Under the pieces are notes generated by a model. It did no database searches. It had not been told where the DNA came from and saw only the letters and a program-made list of their open reading frames with translations. A program made the position numbers and the translations under genes. A stretch of DNA of 64,000 nucleotides, taken from contig NC_068981.1 of NCBI RefSeq assembly GCF_001194135.2, positions 95,755,916 through 95,819,915 of the forward strand, read 5' to 3'. How positions within the stretch are numbered: the first letter of the stretch is position 1; the number at the start of each line of letters is the position of its first letter. Below are positions 62,105 through 64,000 of this stretch, in pieces. This DNA is from Octopus bimaculoides (taxonomy: Eukaryota).

Positions 62105-63135
62105 CCAAACTAAAACTAGAACAGCAACGGACCATGATAAAACAATGGCAAGAAAAGCCCCTACATGGTAAATACTGGGCTAAACTAAATGCGAAAGAAA
62201 TAGACAGAGAAAAATCCCAGCAATGGCTGAGAAGCTCAGGACTCAAAGCAGAGACTGAAGGATTTTTAATTGCTGCACAAGACCAGAGCCTCCCCACNNN
62301 NNNNNNNNNNNNNNNNNNNNNNNNNNNNNNNNNNNNNNNNNNNNNNNNNNNNNNNNNNNNNNNNNNNNNNNNNNNNNNNNNNNNNNNNNNNNNNNNNNNN
62401 NNNNNNNNNNNNNNNNNNNNNNNNNNNNNNNNNNNNNNNNNNNNNNNNNNNNNNNNNNNNNNNNNNNNNNNNNNNNNNNNNNNNNNNNNNNNNNNNNNNN
62501 NNNNNNNNNNNNNNNNNNNNNNNNNNNNNNNNNNNNNNNNNNNNNNNNNNNNNNNNNNNNNNNNNNNNNNNNNNNNNNNNNNNNNNNNNNNNNNNNNNNN
62601 NNNNNNNNNNNNNNNNNNNNNNNNNNNNNNNNNNNNNNNNNNNNNNNNNNNNNNNNNNNNNNNNNNNNNNNNNNNNNNNNNNNNNNNNNNNNNNNNNNNN
62701 NNNNNNNNNNNNNNNNNNNNNNNNNNNNNNNNNNNNNNNNNNNNNNNNNNNNNNNNNNNNNNNNNNNNNNNNNNNNNNNNNNNNNNNNNNNNNNNNNNNN
62801 NNNAAAAGAAATGGAAAAACTTTCAAAATACAAAGACCTGGAAATAGAGATAACTCGAATGTGGAATCTAAAAACAGAAACAATTCCTATCATAGTAGGT
62901 GCCTTAGGTATAATAAAAAAATATTCAGACAAATACATAACAAAAATACCAGGACTTACAAATATATATAACATACAGAAAATTGCACTACTGGGTACTG
63001 CACACATTCTACGCAAAACACTTTCAATACAGTAAACATAAGAGCACCACAGCAAACCACAGCACATACCCAAGGCGCACAGAGCTGTGCTCGGTAGTGA
63101 AGTGAAAGCACGTTATAAAAATAAAACTACTGAAC
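62104..63135 (+). mobile_element. Dong/R4-like RLE retrotransposon 3' fragment D (spans gap)
   Basis: WQEKPLHGKY...LKAETEGFLIAAQDQSL and KYKDLEIE..IPIIVGALG..LLGTAHILRKTL; (TAA)n on both sides. Confidence 0.88.
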
Positions 63136-63157
63136 AATAATAATAATAATAATAATA

Positions 63158-63410
63158 AAGGTTTCAAATTTTGCTATAAGGGCAGCAGTTTTGGGGGAGG
63201 GGATGAGTCGCTTACATCTATCCCAATATTCAACTGATACTTACTTTATCGACCCTGAAAGGATATAAGGCAAAGTTGACCTTGGCAGAATTTGAACTCG
63301 GAATGTAATGACATGCATTCTGAGTTCAAATTCCACCATGATTTCAAATTTTAGTGTAAAGCCAATAATTTTAGGGACAGGTGTTAAGCCGATTACATTG
63401 ATCTCGATAT
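63158..63410 (-). mobile_element. SINE family A copy plus partial second copy
   Basis: Core GAAAGGATATAAGGCAAAGTTGACCT. Confidence 0.7.
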
Positions 63411-63634
63411 ATTGACCACTTTTGTATGCTAGCATAGATCAGATGGAACTTGCTGAGGTAGATTTTCTATGGCTGGGTGCCCTTCCTATCACCAACTTTG
63501 AACTGCTTCTAAGCAAGATAATATTTTGTCATAGTGAGACATATATCTGCAGAATACTGGAAATGGATGATACTGTTTGTATGACAGTGACACTCGTTTA
63601 CAACAATAGAAAAATGTCAGGACAAGGAGACACC

Positions 63635-63772
<138 letters not shown>

Positions 63773-63834
63773 CACACACACATACACACTCATACATACA
63801 TGATGAGCTTCTTTCTATCTCCATCTACTAAATC

Positions 63835-63957
63835 TACTTTCAAGACATTGGTTGGCTTGGGGCCATGGTTGAAAGCACTTGCTCAAAGTTCCATGCAGTG
63901 GGACTGAACCCAGAACCAAGTTGTTGGGAAGCAAGCTTCTTAACCACACAATCATGC
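63835..63957 (-). mobile_element. SINE family D head
   Basis: Reverse complement of the 4811 head. Confidence 0.65.
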
Positions 63958-64000
63958 CGGCATCAATTAAAAAAAAAAAAAACACAGTTGGAGAAAGCAG

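Overview
Eukaryotic, AT-rich, microsatellite- and transposon-dense animal genomic DNA with five N-gaps. The repeat landscape suggests an octopus or other coleoid cephalopod (inference). The whole window lies inside one + strand gene, an axonemal dynein heavy chain most similar to DNAH10. I reconstructed 24 consecutive GT-AG exons (1761-59908; 4503 nt, 1501 codons, phases consistent, no stops) running from the linker through AAA1-AAA4; both ends of the gene lie outside the window. The introns hold a near-full-length decayed RTE LINE plus many fragments, several modular tRNA-derived SINE families, a TIR/TSD-complete pogo-like transposon, a mariner relic, piggyBac-like MITEs, a non-autonomous Helitron, and a stack of Dong/R4-like RLE retrotransposon ends in (TAA)n. 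The least expected signals are type I hammerhead-ribozyme motifs in intronic repeats (one with a complete catalytic core at 43022-43085, minus strand, and an inverted pair of relics at 8662-9210), a MITE built around inverted telomere-like repeats, and about 98% identical inverted LINE tails flanking an in-frame exon. All family assignments come from recalled motifs, not database searches.
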